Origin: Malacoraja senta
Lineage: Eukaryota
Assembly: GCA_038087875.1 (NCBI GenBank)
Contig: CM075994.1
Coordinates: 11,162,001 to 11,226,000, forward strand
Direction: 5' to 3'
Length of the DNA: 64,000 bases
Shown: piece by piece, positions 63,385 through 64,000 of the stretch
Layout of the letters: each line of letters opens with the position of its first letter
Position numbering within the stretch: the first letter of the stretch is position 1
Translations under genes and position numbers: made by a program
Notes under the pieces: model-generated
Seen by the model: the letters and a program-made list of their open reading frames with translations, nothing else
Told to the model about the DNA's origin: nothing
Database searches by the model: none

Positions 63385-64000
63385 CACCCCGTTCCTGCTT
63401 TCTCTCCTTATCCCCTGACTCTGCTATCTTTAAGAGATCTATCTAATTCTCTCTTGAAAGTATCCGGAGAACCGGCCTCCCACCGCATTCTGTGGCAGAG
63501 AATTCCACAGACTCAACTCAAAAGTTTCCTCATCTCCGTTCTAAATAGCTTACTACTTATTCTTAAACTGTGGCCCTTGGTTCTGGACCCCCCCCCCCAC
63601 CCTCCAACATCGGGAACATGTTTCCTGCCTCTAGCGGGTGCAAACTCTTAATAATCAGATAAGTTTCAATAAGATCCCCTTAAATCCTTCTAAATTCCAC
63701 AGTATACAAGCCCAGCCGCACAATTCTATCAGCATATGACAGTCCCGCTATCCCGGGAATTAACTTTGTGAACCTACGCTGCACTCCCTTAATAGCAAGA
63801 ATGTCATTCCTCCAATTTGGAGACCAAAACTGCACACAATACTCCAGGTGTGGTCTCACTAGGGCCCTGTACAACTGCAGAAGGACCTCTTTGCTCCTAC
63901 ACTCAACTCCCCTTGTTATGAAGGCCAATATGCCATTCGCTTTCCCCATTGCCTGCTGTACCTGCATGCTTACTTTTATTGACTTATGAACAAGGACCCC
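63385..64000 (-). mobile_element. CR1 LINE 3' fragment running off the window
   Basis: ORF 63680-63967 LVRPHLEYCVQFWSP. Confidence 0.93.

Overview
Vertebrate genomic DNA, most likely a cartilaginous fish (skate/ray-type CR1 LINEs, HE1-like tRNA-derived SINEs, Penelope fragments). It is three contigs joined by two 200-N gaps (14076-14275, 39009-39208). The main gene is an MHC peptide-transporter gene, TAP2, on the minus strand. Eight exons (35639 to 17842) are recoverable with canonical splice sites, but three carry frame-breaking lesions (+1, -17 and -1 nt) and the 5' exons are missing. Around it lie duplicated and rearranged TAP-locus pieces: an inverted ~4 kb copy with the last TAP2 exon (3156-7154), five copies of an NF-kB/ISRE/GC/CCAAT/AP-1 promoter-like module, a chimeric fragment joining a TAP2-like N-terminal exon to a TAP1-like internal exon (48486-48702), and a ~2.85 kb tandem duplication with more TAP1 exon remnants. 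The rest is transposable elements (CR1, Rex1/Babar, Tx1, a degraded ERV with env, hAT, Helitron-like, solo LTR), minisatellites and kilobase-scale polypurine tracts. No CRISPR or prokaryotic-type system was found. Protein comparisons to human TAP1/TAP2 are from memory and need confirming by alignment.
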